Assembly: GCA_973895155.1 (NCBI GenBank)
Contig: OZ316898.1
Location: forward strand, 3,100,480 to 3,164,479
Source: Marsupella aquatica
Lineage: Eukaryota; Plantae; Marchantiophyta
Reading direction: 5' to 3'
DNA length: 64,000 nt
Shown here one piece after another: positions 12,387 to 24,863 of the stretch. The position numbers and the translations under genes are program-made. Numbering within the stretch: the stretch's first letter is position 1; the number at the start of each line of letters is the position of its first letter. The notes beneath the pieces were generated by a model, which ran no database searches, was not told the DNA's origin, and saw only the letters and a program-made list of their open reading frames with translations.

Positions 12387-13649
12387 TTTGTTAGTATAAT
12401 AATTGTGAGTTAATTGATGTAACAACATAATTCTACATTACTATCACCACATCTTGTGCATTGATCAATGTTTGGACAATTCCCTATCAGTTATTTCAAT
12501 TGGAAGCTCTTTGTACATATTTCAGCTTTCTGGTTTCACAATGCTATTTTTTTTAGTTTCCTGTCTAATCATTTGTGATATAAGTATTGCTAGCCACCAG
12601 GAAGTTCCCAAGCTCTAATTTAACTAGTGTAGATGCTTTATTTACTGTTCATGGGGTAGAGTCATCAGGCCTGTGCAAAGAGGTCCCTTGTGGACTGCAA
12701 AAGTGGACGTTGGGCCTGGGAGGGTTGTCGGGCCCTGGGAGGGTGCTCAAAAGAATAGTTGAAAGGTGGGGCAATGCAGGCACGATCCGGGAGAGTGAGA
12801 CCTGGTAGTGTAGTGCTTGTTGGACCTGGGAGGACTACCGGGCCTCAGAGGGAGGGGCCCGATGAGGTTTTGGAACCTGGGTAAAGAGAATCCAATCAGT
12901 CCTCACCACATGGCATTTGACCAGGGCCGGCAATGATTTAGATCATGCCGTTAACTAGACCTTGTATACAAAATGGGGCAGCAGCTACGAATTTCAGTCG
13001 TTGTGGGGGACAGGTTCATGAAGAACCGGTTACTTAGATTTGGTAGTTGTGTAATCATCTCATTTGCAACACCTTGATGGGAGAAAAATCAGAAGAAATT
13101 AAAGCATGATGAGAGAAAATCTCCATATATAGCTGAAACAGGTTATTTTAACCTGTTGATGAAGAAGTACCACAAGGGCCCCTACATACTCAGGGAACTG
13201 TTCATAGGATTGGAGGAGACATAGAACCTTTGATTAGAGTTGCTATCTCTATGCAATTCAGAACTAGAAGTCCATTGTGAGGAGGAGTTTCTATATTTGA
13301 TCACACAACCCATATATACACTCAATTGAAATTATAGAACTGAATTGAGATACTCACTCATAATGGGGCCAACACTCAGTACTTGATGAAGATTGTACTT
13401 GAGTAACCCAGCTAAGTGGTCCATGCATTGCCTATGACAAAGTTCAAGCAAGGGCCAGTCTAGGTTTGGCTTGTGCCGCAAATCTTGGCTGCCGAGCTAT
13501 TTCAGATGCAATTCGGGAGCAAGTACTTTGAGGTAATGACAGTCTACATGAAAAGCATGACTAAAGCCCAACTCAGGACCACTCCCTGTTCCAGTCATTT
13601 TGCCTATAAGTTCCTCTGCTTTAAAGTGCACCCAGAAGTGCTCGGGCAC

Positions 13650-13858
13650 AAAAGATATTGTTATGCAAAAGTTGTCAGTACGTGCGGAAAAGAATTTGTT
13701 TGCAAAAACGAAGTCTTTGCACAAAAGATGGCCGTGTATGAGAGATGTGGTTATGAAAATTATATAGTTTGTGGAAAAGATGACGTTGCAAAAAGATGTT
13801 GGTCTTATGAAGATGTCATTCACAAAAAGAATGATGCGCAAAATTGTCATTGTCTATA
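13650..13858. repeat. Degenerate short-period AAAAGATG-rich repeat tract, related to 59160-59520
   Basis: Recurrent AAAAGAT(G) motifs about every 17-20 nt. Blocks such as AGAGATGTGGTT and GTGGAAAAGATG are shared with the second tract. Confidence 0.55.
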
Positions 13859-15483
13859 TATCCAAATACAAAATTTTACAATAGGGCACACCCACCGCGC
13901 CAAGCGCAGAAGGCCCCATCAGAGCCCTAGAAATCAAAGGGACCACCCCAACACTCACAACCGAATCCTAAAGACCTCACACAACGCCACTGTCAAAGCT
14001 ATGCTGGCCAGCCCGAAACCAAGCCTTACGATGAATATCAAGCCACTCTTTGGCTTGGCAAACCCTGCCATGCGGAACAATTTCTATTTCCTTTAAACTA
14101 CATATGCCTTTAACATGTAATCATTGAGTACCCGTATCAAATATTCACATATATACAAAAATGTTTTGGTGCAATTAACTTGTCCCTGATAGGTTTTCCC
14201 TCACAGTTATTACCACCTATGTACTCTATTGTCTTGTTTGCTTTGGTGAACACCTGTTTTTAACTGATCAAATTCTAAAATAAAACATAACATAAATCCA
14301 ATGAGCAGATAGTGTTTCCACCAAATCTCAGTATATAAACGGAAGACTGTCAACTATTGGTGGGATTCACTTATAGTTGTAGATTGTTGAGCCAATTATT
14401 GTGACACAAATAACTTTGGTCAGGGGACTTGGTAATCTAATACCCTGCAGTACCCTGAACAATGTAGTTAGGGCTGGTAAATATTTTAAATGAATTTAGG
14501 AAATAATAAGAATACTGAGCTGAGATGGTTGTGGGGTTTGTTCTTTATGAACTGTGTAAAGTCACGAGTTGATTTACACCCAGGAAAAAAATGACCGACT
14601 CCTTTTAAAGGACGTCTCACTTTTGCTAAGGACGTCTCACTTTTGGGTAAGGACATTAACTCACCCTATAATGTGCCATTTAAGGAAAACTGTGTTCAAG
14701 TGGACCCCTCCAGGGGCGTTTATTGGGCTAAGAAAAACTAGAGTTTATTGGGGTTGGATTTACAGGGGCATCAACAGTCCTACTAGTACAGGGCGAGATA
14801 CAGTGCCTCGGGTGGAGATGGCTGACCTTGTCATGTGCAGGGAATGCTTAGCAAATGATGTCTACATTATGAGGCTGAAGTGATCCTTCTGCAAATGCAA
14901 ACTCCGAGTGCACAGCCTCTGATTGTTTCTGAAGAATCTCTAGTGTGCAGGTACTGAATGACCCTCAATTTCTCCATGGAAATGAGTGTTTGAATGAATC
15001 GAAGACACGGCCTGATAGTGTTGTAAAACTCGGTTACTACAGACATGGCGATGCAATGACCGGGTAGGCAACAACTTCTATCATCATTTGTATCGCAAGA
15101 AAGGAGCTTGATGCAGTTTTTGTCCTTTGGCTCCTTGACCCACAAAAGTTTGTCTGATAATTTAAGATTTCTGCTTTGCCATCTTCCTCATGTTGTTCGA
15201 AGTGTCAAGAAAAATGTTGTTCTTTAGCAACTAATAACATGAAGACAATTTTATTAAGGTGCATGTTGATCTTGAAGAGCTTAGAAAACAAATGCAATTC
15301 AAATTTTGAGGGTCACACAGTAGAATCTGTTGAATGGCTCAATGCAGCAGCCAGAGCCTTCAACGAGAATGAATGATTAGGTTTCCCGGTGAATGTGATA
15401 TTTGATCGAAGAGGGGCAGACTCCTCCTCTTGGGTAAGATCCAAGATACTTGAAGATTTTAAAGTTGAGCACACGCTGGTATC

Positions 15484-16662
15484 ATGGGCTGTAACGGTAA
15501 CGGTAGTTTCCAAGAGATTGAGACAAAAAATGATGGAGCACGTTTCGCATTCAACGTGCAATGGAGAGATCCCATGAGCGGCGTTGTGTGGAAATATCAA
15601 CTCATGTTCTACACTTTCGATAATTCAATCGAGATGTATGACATCAAGAATGCGAGAATGTTCCTCAGGAGAATTGCTTTTCCAGATTTGACTTTGGAGC
15701 AACTTTATGTGGGATCAGTGATTTCTGTCTACACACGGCTCCTTCTGCTCGAAGATTATGCAGATGAGTTCACCAGGAGGAATCTGCAACAGCTTCAAGA
15801 GAGGACAGTCGCGGTGATTAAGCCTGATGGAGTTGAACACATGGGAAAAATCATAGAGGCAATCTGCTGCAATGGCCTCCTCATAAAGCAATTGCGGATG
15901 TGCCAATTGTCACTTGGCCAAGCCCGCGATTTTTACAAAGAGCACGACGGCAAACCCTTTTTTGATGACTTGACAAGACACATGGCTAGTGGGCCTTGTG
16001 TTGCAATGGAGCTTGTGGCTGAGGATGCAATCGGCAAATGGAAGTTGCTCACGGGTCCTGCCTCCGTGGAAGTGGCCAGGATGAAGGCACCAAGCTCACT
16101 CCGTGCACAATTCGGGACCGACATTACTAGGAACGCTGTCCATGCTGCTGCCACTTATGAGACTGCTCGCCAGGAAGGCTTGCACTTCTTTGCCGATCGA
16201 AGCTATGCCCCTTGTGCACGAATGAGCAATTGTACTCTTGGCATCATAAAACCCCATGCTGTAGCAGCAGGTGCTGCAGGATGTGTGATCAGTCTCATTC
16301 AGGAGAAGTTTGACATTACAGCCATGGAAATGATGGTATTTTCTCGTGCTAATGCAGAGGAGTTTTATGAGGTCTACAGGGGTGTTGTTCAAGACTTTTA
16401 TGCAATGACCCATGAGCTTTCATCAGGGGATATAATTGCCCTTGAAATCACCAGCAAGGAGACAGGTCAAAATCCTGTTAAGAGCTTTCGGGACCTTTGT
16501 GGACCAACAGATCCAGTAATTGCCCGTCAACTCAGGCCTGAAAGCATTCGTGCTCAATTTGGAGTGAGCAAGGTGAAAAATGGCATACATGCCACAGACC
16601 TTCCAGATGATGGAGATCTCGAGTGCCAGTTTATATTCGGCCATAAATGGGCCCATGAGTAG
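15484..16662 (+). CDS. NME7: Nucleoside diphosphate kinase 7 (DM10 + two NDK domains), intronless, 392 aa
   Basis: N-terminal DM10 (RFAFNVQWRDP...YQLMFYTFDNSIEMYDIKNARMFLRR). Two NDK repeats: ERTVAVIKPD...SLRAQFGTDITRNAVH and CTLGIIKPH...SIRAQFGVSKVKNGIHATDL. Confidence 0.95.
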   Translation: MGCNGNGSFQEIETKNDGARFAFNVQWRDPMSGVVWKYQLMFYTFDNSIEMYDIKNARMFLRRIAFPDLTLEQLYVGSVISVYTRLLLLEDYADEFTRRNLQQLQERTVAVIKPDGVEHMGKIIEAICCNGLLIKQLRMCQLSLGQARDFYKEHDGKPFFDDLTRHMASGPCVAMELVAEDAIGKWKLLTGPASVEVARMKAPSSLRAQFGTDITRNAVHAAATYETARQEGLHFFADRSYAPCARMSNCTLGIIKPHAVAAGAAGCVISLIQEKFDITAMEMMVFSRANAEEFYEVYRGVVQDFYAMTHELSSGDIIALEITSKETGQNPVKSFRDLCGPTDPVIARQLRPESIRAQFGVSKVKNGIHATDLPDDGDLECQFIFGHKWAHE

Positions 16663-17792
16663 TTCTAACATCCATTGAAGATTTGGGATTACAACTTTTT
16701 GTTGAACCGCACTGCAGCCATGGGTAATTCCAACCACCAATTGGAATTTCTGGGTTGCAAGCTCACATTCAACCCTCAATGGAACCATAGGTAGTGGTTG
16801 CCAATTGGAATTCTGGAGTGCAAGTTTATGTTCAACCATATTTGAACAGAAGCTAGTGCCCACTAACAATTGGAAATTTTGGATCACAAGTGAAGAGGCC
16901 TGCACCACACCATGTTCTGGGGCAGGTAATAACAAAGCAACAACATAGACTAGCCATGGTTAGTAGAGAATGTTGTTGACAGCAGTTGTATGCAGCTTGA
17001 TCTCGCTTAAATTAGAAATTCTGAGCTGCAGGTAGAGTTAGATGTGTATGTCCCATTTAGTCCTAGCTTCTCAATCAGTTCCCACTCCAACTCATTCATG
17101 AGAGTTAAGGGCATGATCTTGTCAAAGCATGTAGGAGGTGCAATCATGTGATGAAGGACAAGCAAAAGTAAGAGATACATGAGTAAAAAGGTTTGGCTTG
17201 ACCTAATCATGCCATCAAGTAACACATACAAATCTGTAAGATAAATGAAGCTTCAGGTGTTGGCTAGGATAATTTGGAAGTGAGAGTAGAGAAGACAAAT
17301 ATTTGATCAGTAGAATGTGATCATTTCTACAAGTGCACCCCTCCTAACAAGAAAGTTATTAATAGTTATAGGTGGTCTTGGTCAATCATACATTGGTCAT
17401 CCCTGGGTTGTTACAAATTGGTGTCATTTACCCAAGGATTCCAAACAATCAAATCAAAATACATTGTAACCTATAGCATGCTAGTTGTTGGGCTAGTCAA
17501 TTCAATGAACCAATTGGAGTTGTTCATTTATGTTGAGACTTGAATTTGTGGCCAATCAAACATTTAACTACAAACGAGAAAGTTTATGAAAGATCTATAA
17601 ATCTCCATATAGTCTATTGTTTAGTTCAAAGCACATCTTCTTGCCAATGATAAATTCCCCAAATTTGGTACGAGAGTGAGAGGTTTGGTGAGTCATATTT
17701 TGGCAATCTATCAGTTAAACTATTGAGCTTGAACATCACACTAGGCGGTCTGGGAGGAGCACATTTTTCAACACCAGAGAATGTAGATTTGC

Positions 17793-18455
17793 ATGAAGCA
17801 CATAACAGTAACAATGTGGTTTGTTATCATTCGGCTAACCACCTTTCTTCTTTGCTGTTGTTCACTCAGTAAAGCCATTGCACATCCAAAATGCCTTAAC
17901 ATGGCAGACACAGACATTTGCGATGGTATCAAAATCCAAGTGCCCACATATCCCAATTTGTACAACAATACTGAAGACTTGGACCATTTTCTTAGTAGTA
18001 GCTTCAATTTGTCCTCAAATTTTTCATCCCATGTCAAGTGCAGTACTTCTGTGTTTCTTGACCTCTTGACCATTCCTGTTTGTAAGCAATTCCAATGTGC
18101 ACAACTGGCCAAACAATTGATCACAACAAGTCTCGATGAAACAAGGCCCATGAATTTGTACAGTCATTGTACGAGTGATCCACAAGTGTACACAAGTTGC
18201 CAATCCATTTGCTATGAAGCGGCAAAGGAGGGCAATGACTACATTGATGAAAACTGCAAGGGAGAGGATGGAGCGAAGAGAGAAATTTGGGTCCAGGATT
18301 CCGCTTGTGATTCGTTCCCTTTCGTTGATTGTAACATGTTCTCAACGGAAGACGACACTCTTTCTCATGCTCCAGGTCGTTGGGATCTTCTAATCTTGAA
18401 CTTTTCATGGTTGATAATTATGATCTGTTGGACTTCAATTTTTATTTTATTGTAA
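17793..18455 (+). CDS. Secreted Cys-rich protein with C-terminal hydrophobic anchor; Frizzled-CRD-like, 220 aa
   Basis: ATG-initiated ORF with a hydrophobic signal peptide, 11 Cys in the ectodomain, N-glycosylation sequons (NNT, NLS, NFS) and a hydrophobic C-terminus running to the stop. Confidence 0.7.
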   Translation: MKHITVTMWFVIIRLTTFLLCCCSLSKAIAHPKCLNMADTDICDGIKIQVPTYPNLYNNTEDLDHFLSSSFNLSSNFSSHVKCSTSVFLDLLTIPVCKQFQCAQLAKQLITTSLDETRPMNLYSHCTSDPQVYTSCQSICYEAAKEGNDYIDENCKGEDGAKREIWVQDSACDSFPFVDCNMFSTEDDTLSHAPGRWDLLILNFSWLIIMICWTSIFILL

Positions 18456-21339
18456 ACATAATCGTAGAACAAAATTGCTTGATATGTGGTCAATACTCGT
18501 AAGTTTTCCTGTCCGCGTATCGTAGCCATGAACCTTGACCTCAGAGCTCTTAACTGTTGAGCCCATGCACCAAAAGCATTTTCATTGTCATTAGTAAACA
18601 ATTTATCTTTTCTTTGGATATGCGTTGAAGAAGTTCTAACCTAAGGTGATCAATTCGGGTGGAGAATTGGGATGGCTGAGTGTCCCATCTATTTGGATCT
18701 TTAGGACCAAATAAGAACAATGTTTTGCATGGGCTCTACAGAGTTCCACTGAATTCACATAATTGGAATCTGGACTTGTCCGTGTCTACCTCTCACATAA
18801 TTGGAATTTGGAATTGTTCCTACAGTTTGTAATTGTTGTGTTCCTCTGAACTTTCAAACACGATGACTTATAAGGGATAGTAGAATTCACAAACCATGCC
18901 CTGCCTCCTCAATGTCTTCAAATTTGTTGGTAAATCCATGCTAGTTCCACAAAATTAAGTGAAGGTGGAAGAGAGCCATCAGGGGAAATCCTCTCGAAGA
19001 AGTGGCACTTCAACTTTTCAAAGGCACTAATTCACGGAATTTTCAGACTAGTTGAAACTTTGGATCTGAAAGTCCTCGTGATCTGATCCAAAAAATGGAG
19101 CAAGATGAGCTCAAAGCGAACTAAACTACCCGTCCTCTACTGCCCTACTCCAGTAACACAAAGAGCTGCTCCATGATTTCTGGTGAACCGACTGTGAGAA
19201 CTTGAAGCCTGAGGTTGCAAGGCAAGATTTCACTCGAAGAGGATTATCGTTGCTAAGTTCTCTTAGATCTCAATGCTCTCCACTCACTGGGCTGGAATTT
19301 AAAGTTTGCCTTAGCTATCATCACCCATACTGTTGTGGGTCTGATTGTTATCGACCCAGGCAGCGATCCATACGAATAGGACCGAAAGCAGTGGGAGAGG
19401 AGGAAGGATGCAGTTGGAACATGGAGTCCTGCTGCAATTTTCTGCAAAAGTCCTCTCCTTGCACACGTCAGTCCCATCAGCTGCAGCACTTGCTCTTGAA
19501 GGGCTCTCAGCATGAAACACAATCATGGTAACACCAAACTTTCTGACGAATCTCAAAACTGAGTGACAATAGGTGGAACTCCAAAGACTTGTCATATTCT
19601 CAATCTTTTGATGCAGCTCAAACTGAGTGACTATCGGGTGGAATACCAAGAGACGAGTCATATTATCTTGATAGAAATGTAGCAGAGGACATGTTTACGG
19701 AAATCCAGAATTTTGAGTGAACTTATTGCTCTTGAGGAGAGGTAGGAGGATGAAGAGACTGGCTATGAGAATATTCAAAGAACAATGATCAAGATTTCAC
19801 AGGGCATGGAAAATTCAAGCCAATTTGAGATTGTCCTCTCAAGTCCTGGAGTTCTCCTGGAATCTGGCCAACCTTTGCTGAGCTCGAAATGAGCTCACTA
19901 CATCTGGCCATGACTTCATAGCTCAAAATGAGCATGTCAGTCTACAAAATGAGATCATGGATGAATGGAACGTCACCAAGGGTTTCCTTTTGAGTGATAT
20001 GCTCGGGTTGATGCTGGAGACGATTTCCTCGGATCTGTGATGGTTGCAACTGCCGTACTTGCTCAATCATGATGTACCATGACAGGCCCATTCACTTTTA
20101 GAAAGATAGCTACAAAATTTGAGATCGCAGACCAGTTATCTAAACCTTGAGGCCACATAGACCACTTTCTTCTCAACACCTTGCTTATTCTCATCCTCAT
20201 CGATATCGCATTCAATTAATCTTCGAACAAATCATAATTCTTAGTCTTACTCAGTTCACTCTAGGCCCGAATGATCTCTGTAGAAAGCAACCTGTATAGT
20301 ACAGGAAACATGTCAAGACCAATTTCTTCAAATTGTCATGGTCGTTGGCTTTGTTTCCAGTGAATAGAGCTCACTGAAGGTGCCTGTAGTCAGAAAAGAT
20401 AATGTAGGTTTGTCGTCTCGAAACGGTGGAAGTGTCCCTTGTCACTCATAGGAAGCCCCAAGATCGTGGCGTGCGAAAAATTTGTGGTATCCGGTTGTTA
20501 CTGTGACATAAGAACCAGCCATTCTGATTCAAGGCATTGGGCTTACATTGCTTCTCCCTTGCTCAGAACCTCACTCTAGAGACTACTATGGTGATGCAAG
20601 TTAAGTACAAGAGTAATTGTTAACCTTTGCTGGCCATCTACTTTTGTGGTTTCTGAGAGGTTCCATGCTCTTCCGACATTTTGGTCGAGACTTGTGTACT
20701 TGGAACAACTTCACTGGTTTGTATGCTGTTGGAAGCTAAGGTTATTAGGAGATACCGCCAGATGCACAGGGAAAGTGAACTCATAATGCCGCATTTTCAG
20801 ACAGTTTGTTACAATCACAAATTTCTAGACGAGACAGTTGGTTATAAATTTTTGTTATTAACCGATGGGAGTATGGATTCAGCTTTGAAATCTTGGCATA
20901 TTCTCTGCTTGCCAACGTGGGAAGCAGCACTTATCTATTTGAACACTTGCGTCTGGTGTGAACAACAGGTTGCATAGAGATAGATGCGCATCACCCTGGG
21001 TGGTTTCTTAACATGTCGTAAAGAATGCCTACCTGACGAAGCTGCTGCAAAGCTGTTGGTATCTCATTGAACAGCCGGGGGTGATTCGTTTCCGTAGAAT
21101 TAACCTGTTCACGATGCGCAATTAATTAAATCCGAGTTGATTCTTTATTACAGTTCTGTACAGTCGATGTTCAAGCAGGGTAGAGCGAGCCCAACAAGCT
21201 TAACTCCAAACCCCAAATATCTCTTCTAATAAAATAGTTATCAGTTAAGACATGCACAGGACAAATTGAATAAATTTTACAACGAAGAAAGCTGACCCTA
21301 ATGAATATCAACCACTTCCTCCGTGAGGAGCAACAGCCA

Positions 21340-23625
21340 TTATTGACCGTCCTTCTCCTTGTCTTCATCAAGCAGAGGGGAAGTTGACCTAAGGGATTGA
21401 CTGAAGGATGCGGATGGTCCATCGGGCCTATCTATCAATCCCTTGTATCTATTCACTACCGAGGCAGATTCATCTTCTTTCCTCTCTTTCCTTTCCTCGG
21501 CAATCTGTCGTGCAATCTCTGGTAACCTATCCTGCAAAATTAAAAGTCGCCCTGGCCGGGGTCTCTGCCGGTGTCGACCACCTGCACCAATCGCAGCTAA
21601 TGCGGCCTCGTCCTTCTTGGGCACTAAGTCCTCATCAAATGCTTGAAAAGTCTCAGCTGCAGCAGCAGCAGCAATGGCTGCAGCCTCCTCCTTCTCTCGC
21701 TCCGTGACAGCCAACCGCACCTGCTCTCGGAGTATCTCGTATCTTTTCATCACTTCCTGGCGTTTGTTGGAGAAGGAGCTGGGGAAAAATCCGGGAAAGT
21801 ATCTCTGCAGAAAAGAGAACACCATGACATGACCAACTGGCGAAATTGGGGCAATCAAAATGATAGTGAATGGGATCATTGTCAGCACGTCTTTCGCTGT
21901 TCGCCGGACGGTTTGCACTTCTCTTGGCTTCAAAGTAGTGCCCATCACGGCGGACCAGAACAAACGTGTTGAGAAAACCAGATCTCCACCCAGAAGCCGC
22001 AGGCCCCTCCAGTAGAAACCTGCCCCTTCCTTCACCTTCACGAAACCCTCGGTGACCGATATCGAAAGTCGTTGCTGGACGGGAATACTGGCTTCCTCCA
22101 CAATTCCAAGCCGGTTCTTCAAATCCGGAATGTCGATAGCAAGGTCTTCGAGCTCCTCGTCCTGAATCAGAATGGCCTCGTTGCGGTCCACTGCAGTCCT
22201 CAGTTGGGCGAGATCAGCATCATAAAGCCCGAACTCCGCCACCAGCAAGCTTTCCTCTTCATCTGATCGAATATCATCCGATAATAGGAGCACGTCATCT
22301 TCCAAGTACATGTAGATCAGCTGCATTTCCAGTTGCAATGTCCTTACGGCCAGGATTTTCCGGAGTTCGTTCACCTCATCATCCATGGTTCGGATTTCGC
22401 TTGCCAGACGAGTCCGTTTGAGGACATTTTTCTGCCTGAGCTTGGATTCTCTCAACTTGCTAGCTTCTCCCAATTTCTTATCAAGGGCTTCAACTTGCAG
22501 AATTAAGGCAAGCTTCTTCTGCTCCAGCGGCAGCTTCAGGGACGTAGGTCGCGGTAATACCGCAGTGATAGGCTGATAATTCAAAGAGGATCCTGGTCGC
22601 CCATTCAACCGACGCCAGGTTTCTACAACAAATTGGAGGGTGCGTTGGCTCTTCGCTTGCAATGTATCCCCTTCGACCTTAGCCATGTCCACTGGAGTCA
22701 CTCGGCTGATAACCCGGTCGAGGAGGTCACTTGTCTCGGGCAATCTGTCCAGTCGTCTCAACACCCGTGCCTGGACATTCCCTTCCCGTTCCCGTTCCAT
22801 CTCCTCCTCCCTCTCGCGCATGGCGCTATCTCTTTCCTCGACGGACAGCGAAGTCTCCACTTTGGCGGCCATCTCCTCCAATCTTTCCCCAATTTTTGCG
22901 ACCGTCTCCATCACTATCGTTTCGGCACTGGGATTGTTTTCGAACACCACCGGGAGGAGCCCATCCACGAGCCTTAAATCCCTGCGGAGGGCAACGGCCA
23001 AATCTCTGATGTCCTCCGCGTACTCGAGAAGTTCCAATCCACTGCTCAGAATCAGCTCCTGACCTCCTTTCCCTCCTCTCTTCGTCTTCCAGCCTCCCCA
23101 TAGCCAGTCGCTCACCCTCCTGACCTTCTTCTTCGTTCCACTTTCCTCACCTTCCTCAATTGGAGCAACTCTAGGGATTGGCGTGTCCAGCACTCTCTCG
23201 GACTTCATCACATCTCTGTACAGCCTTCGCAAAAGCACCAGAACCTCTAATCTCTGCAGCCGAGTCTGCGTCTCCGCCGTCGCCTCATCCTCGACCCGGT
23301 CCTTGCTTCCAATTCCATTTCCGCTCCCATTCCCATTCCCATTATCTACAGCAGCCAGGCCATTGCTCAGTGGAACCTGCCCCCCTGTTGCGACATCCGT
23401 CCCTTCGAAGGCGAACACCACCATCCGCCCTCCGGACCGCCTGGACGACGGAGCCGCAGCAATCACAATGCGCTGCGTCGTCGAACCATACATGGAGCTC
23501 CGATTTCTCTTCCCGGGGCTTGTCGGGTACGACGTGCTGCACGACGCAAACGACATGCGGCGCGGAAGGCTGGCTATGGCGACTCCCGTGGACGGAAACG
23601 CATACAGAGGCGAAGAATTGGCCAT
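21340..23625 (-). CDS. LETM1-like domain protein, probably plastid-targeted, intronless, 761 aa
   Basis: First ATG at 23625 gives a Ser/Arg-rich transit peptide followed by long coiled coils. LETM1-like core: GLRLLGGDL...[56 protein letters not shown]. Confidence 0.88.
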   Translation of the reverse strand: MANSSPLYAFPSTGVAIASLPRRMSFASCSTSYPTSPGKRNRSSMYGSTTQRIVIAAAPSSRRSGGRMVVFAFEGTDVATGGQVPLSNGLAAVDNGNGNGSGNGIGSKDRVEDEATAETQTRLQRLEVLVLLRRLYRDVMKSERVLDTPIPRVAPIEEGEESGTKKKVRRVSDWLWGGWKTKRGGKGGQELILSSGLELLEYAEDIRDLAVALRRDLRLVDGLLPVVFENNPSAETIVMETVAKIGERLEEMAAKVETSLSVEERDSAMREREEEMEREREGNVQARVLRRLDRLPETSDLLDRVISRVTPVDMAKVEGDTLQAKSQRTLQFVVETWRRLNGRPGSSLNYQPITAVLPRPTSLKLPLEQKKLALILQVEALDKKLGEASKLRESKLRQKNVLKRTRLASEIRTMDDEVNELRKILAVRTLQLEMQLIYMYLEDDVLLLSDDIRSDEEESLLVAEFGLYDADLAQLRTAVDRNEAILIQDEELEDLAIDIPDLKNRLGIVEEASIPVQQRLSISVTEGFVKVKEGAGFYWRGLRLLGGDLVFSTRLFWSAVMGTTLKPREVQTVRRTAKDVLTMIPFTIILIAPISPVGHVMVFSFLQRYFPGFFPSSFSNKRQEVMKRYEILREQVRLAVTEREKEEAAAIAAAAAAETFQAFDEDLVPKKDEAALAAIGAGGRHRQRPRPGRLLILQDRLPEIARQIAEERKERKEDESASVVNRYKGLIDRPDGPSASFSQSLRSTSPLLDEDKEKDGQ

Positions 23626-23874
23626 GGGCACGACTAACCAAGGCCAAAACGCCTTGCCACTATTGCAAACCAACCGAGAGGGAGAGGAGGAGGAGGAATC
23701 GGCAGCACAATGTACACACGAAGTCCAACTGTCTGTTGACGAAAAACCAAGCCAGCTGCTGCTATGGTGAAGCTCAATGATCTTCCAAAAAATCTCAGTT
23801 GCGAGGACGACCTTCAAATTGCCCCGGCATTCGAAGCTCGACGACAGCAAGAAGAGCTGATAATCGAATCATCT

Positions 23875-24222
23875 ACAGTTTCGGCACCGGGATCATCGTC
23901 GAACATCACCGGAAGGAGCGCATCCAAGCCTTAAAATCTCTGCAGAGCGCAACGGCCAAATCTCAAATGTCCTCCGCGAACTCGAGAACTTGCAATCCAC
24001 TGCTCAGAAGCAGCTCCTTTCGCTCCTCTCTGCCCCCATAGCCAGTCGCTCACCTTCCTCAATTGGGGCCACTCTAGGGATTGGCGTGTCGAGCACTCTC
24101 TCGGGCTTCATCAAATCTCTGTACAGCCATCGCAAAAGCACGAGAACCTCTGATCTCTTGGAACAGAGTCTAGTCTCCACCGTCGCCTCAATGCCTCATC
24201 CTCCACCCGCTCCTTGCCTCCA
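23875..24222 (-). pseudogene. Diverged partial duplicate of LETM1-like coding segment 22914-23311
   Basis: Colinear direct match (e.g. GCAACGGCCAAATCTC, CAATCCACTGCTCAGAA, ACTCTAGGGATTGGCGTGTC) with indels. Confidence 0.9.
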
Positions 24223-24249
24223 CTCCCCTGACTACCCTCTATATTATAT

Positions 24250-24750
24250 TGTATAAATTCGGTTGCAAGGAATGGTGGTGAGCCTGTATATTATTGTATT
24301 CAGATTTTTTTCATAAATTCAGTTGCAAGGAATGGTGGTGAGCCTGTATATTATTGTATTCAGATTTTTTTCATAAATTCGGTTGCAAAGAATGCCTCTA
24401 TATTATTGTATTCAGTTTTTTTTCGTAAGCTTTGTCGCAAGGAATGGTGGTGAGCCTCTATATTATTGTATTCAGTTTTTTTCGTAAGTTTTGTCACAAG
24501 GAATGGTGGTGAGCCTCTATATTATTGTATTCAGTTTTTTCATAAATTCGGTTGCAAGGAATGGTGGTGAGCCTCTATATTATTGTAATCAGTTTTTTTT
24601 CATGAGTTTTGTTGCAAGGAATGGTGGGGAGCCTCTATATTATTGTATTCAGTTTTTTTCCATAAATTCTGTTGCAAGGAATGGCGGTGAGCCTGAATAT
24701 TATTGTCTTCAGTTTTTTTTTCATAAATTCTGTTGAAAGGAATGGTGGTG
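24250..24750. repeat. Tandem array of ~60-bp units, about 8.5 copies
   Basis: Unit approximates ATAAATTCGGTTGCAAGGAATGGTGGTGAGCCTCTATATTATTGTATTCAGTTTTTTTC. Nine AAGGAATGG-type cores. Confidence 0.97.
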
Positions 24751-24863
24751 GTGAGACATTGCTGGAGTGCTGGTGCAAGTTCTGAGCCGGATGGAGATTG
24801 GAGATTGGAAGGGCCCCTCCAAATGCAGTTGGAGGAGAGGGATGTTACACTATATAGGATTAA

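Noticed and set aside
13473-14096. 207-aa ORF
   Set aside because: Non-ATG start, runs through a degenerate repeat, no recognisable domain.
19250-19900. LRR-like words on the minus strand (QIPGELQDL, SLKILDF)
   Set aside because: Too short and stop-ridden to call without a search.
21408-24041. Numerous plus-strand ORFs over the LETM1-like gene (likewise over HDDC2 and the 41-44 kb ORF)
   Set aside because: Antisense shadows of real coding sequence.
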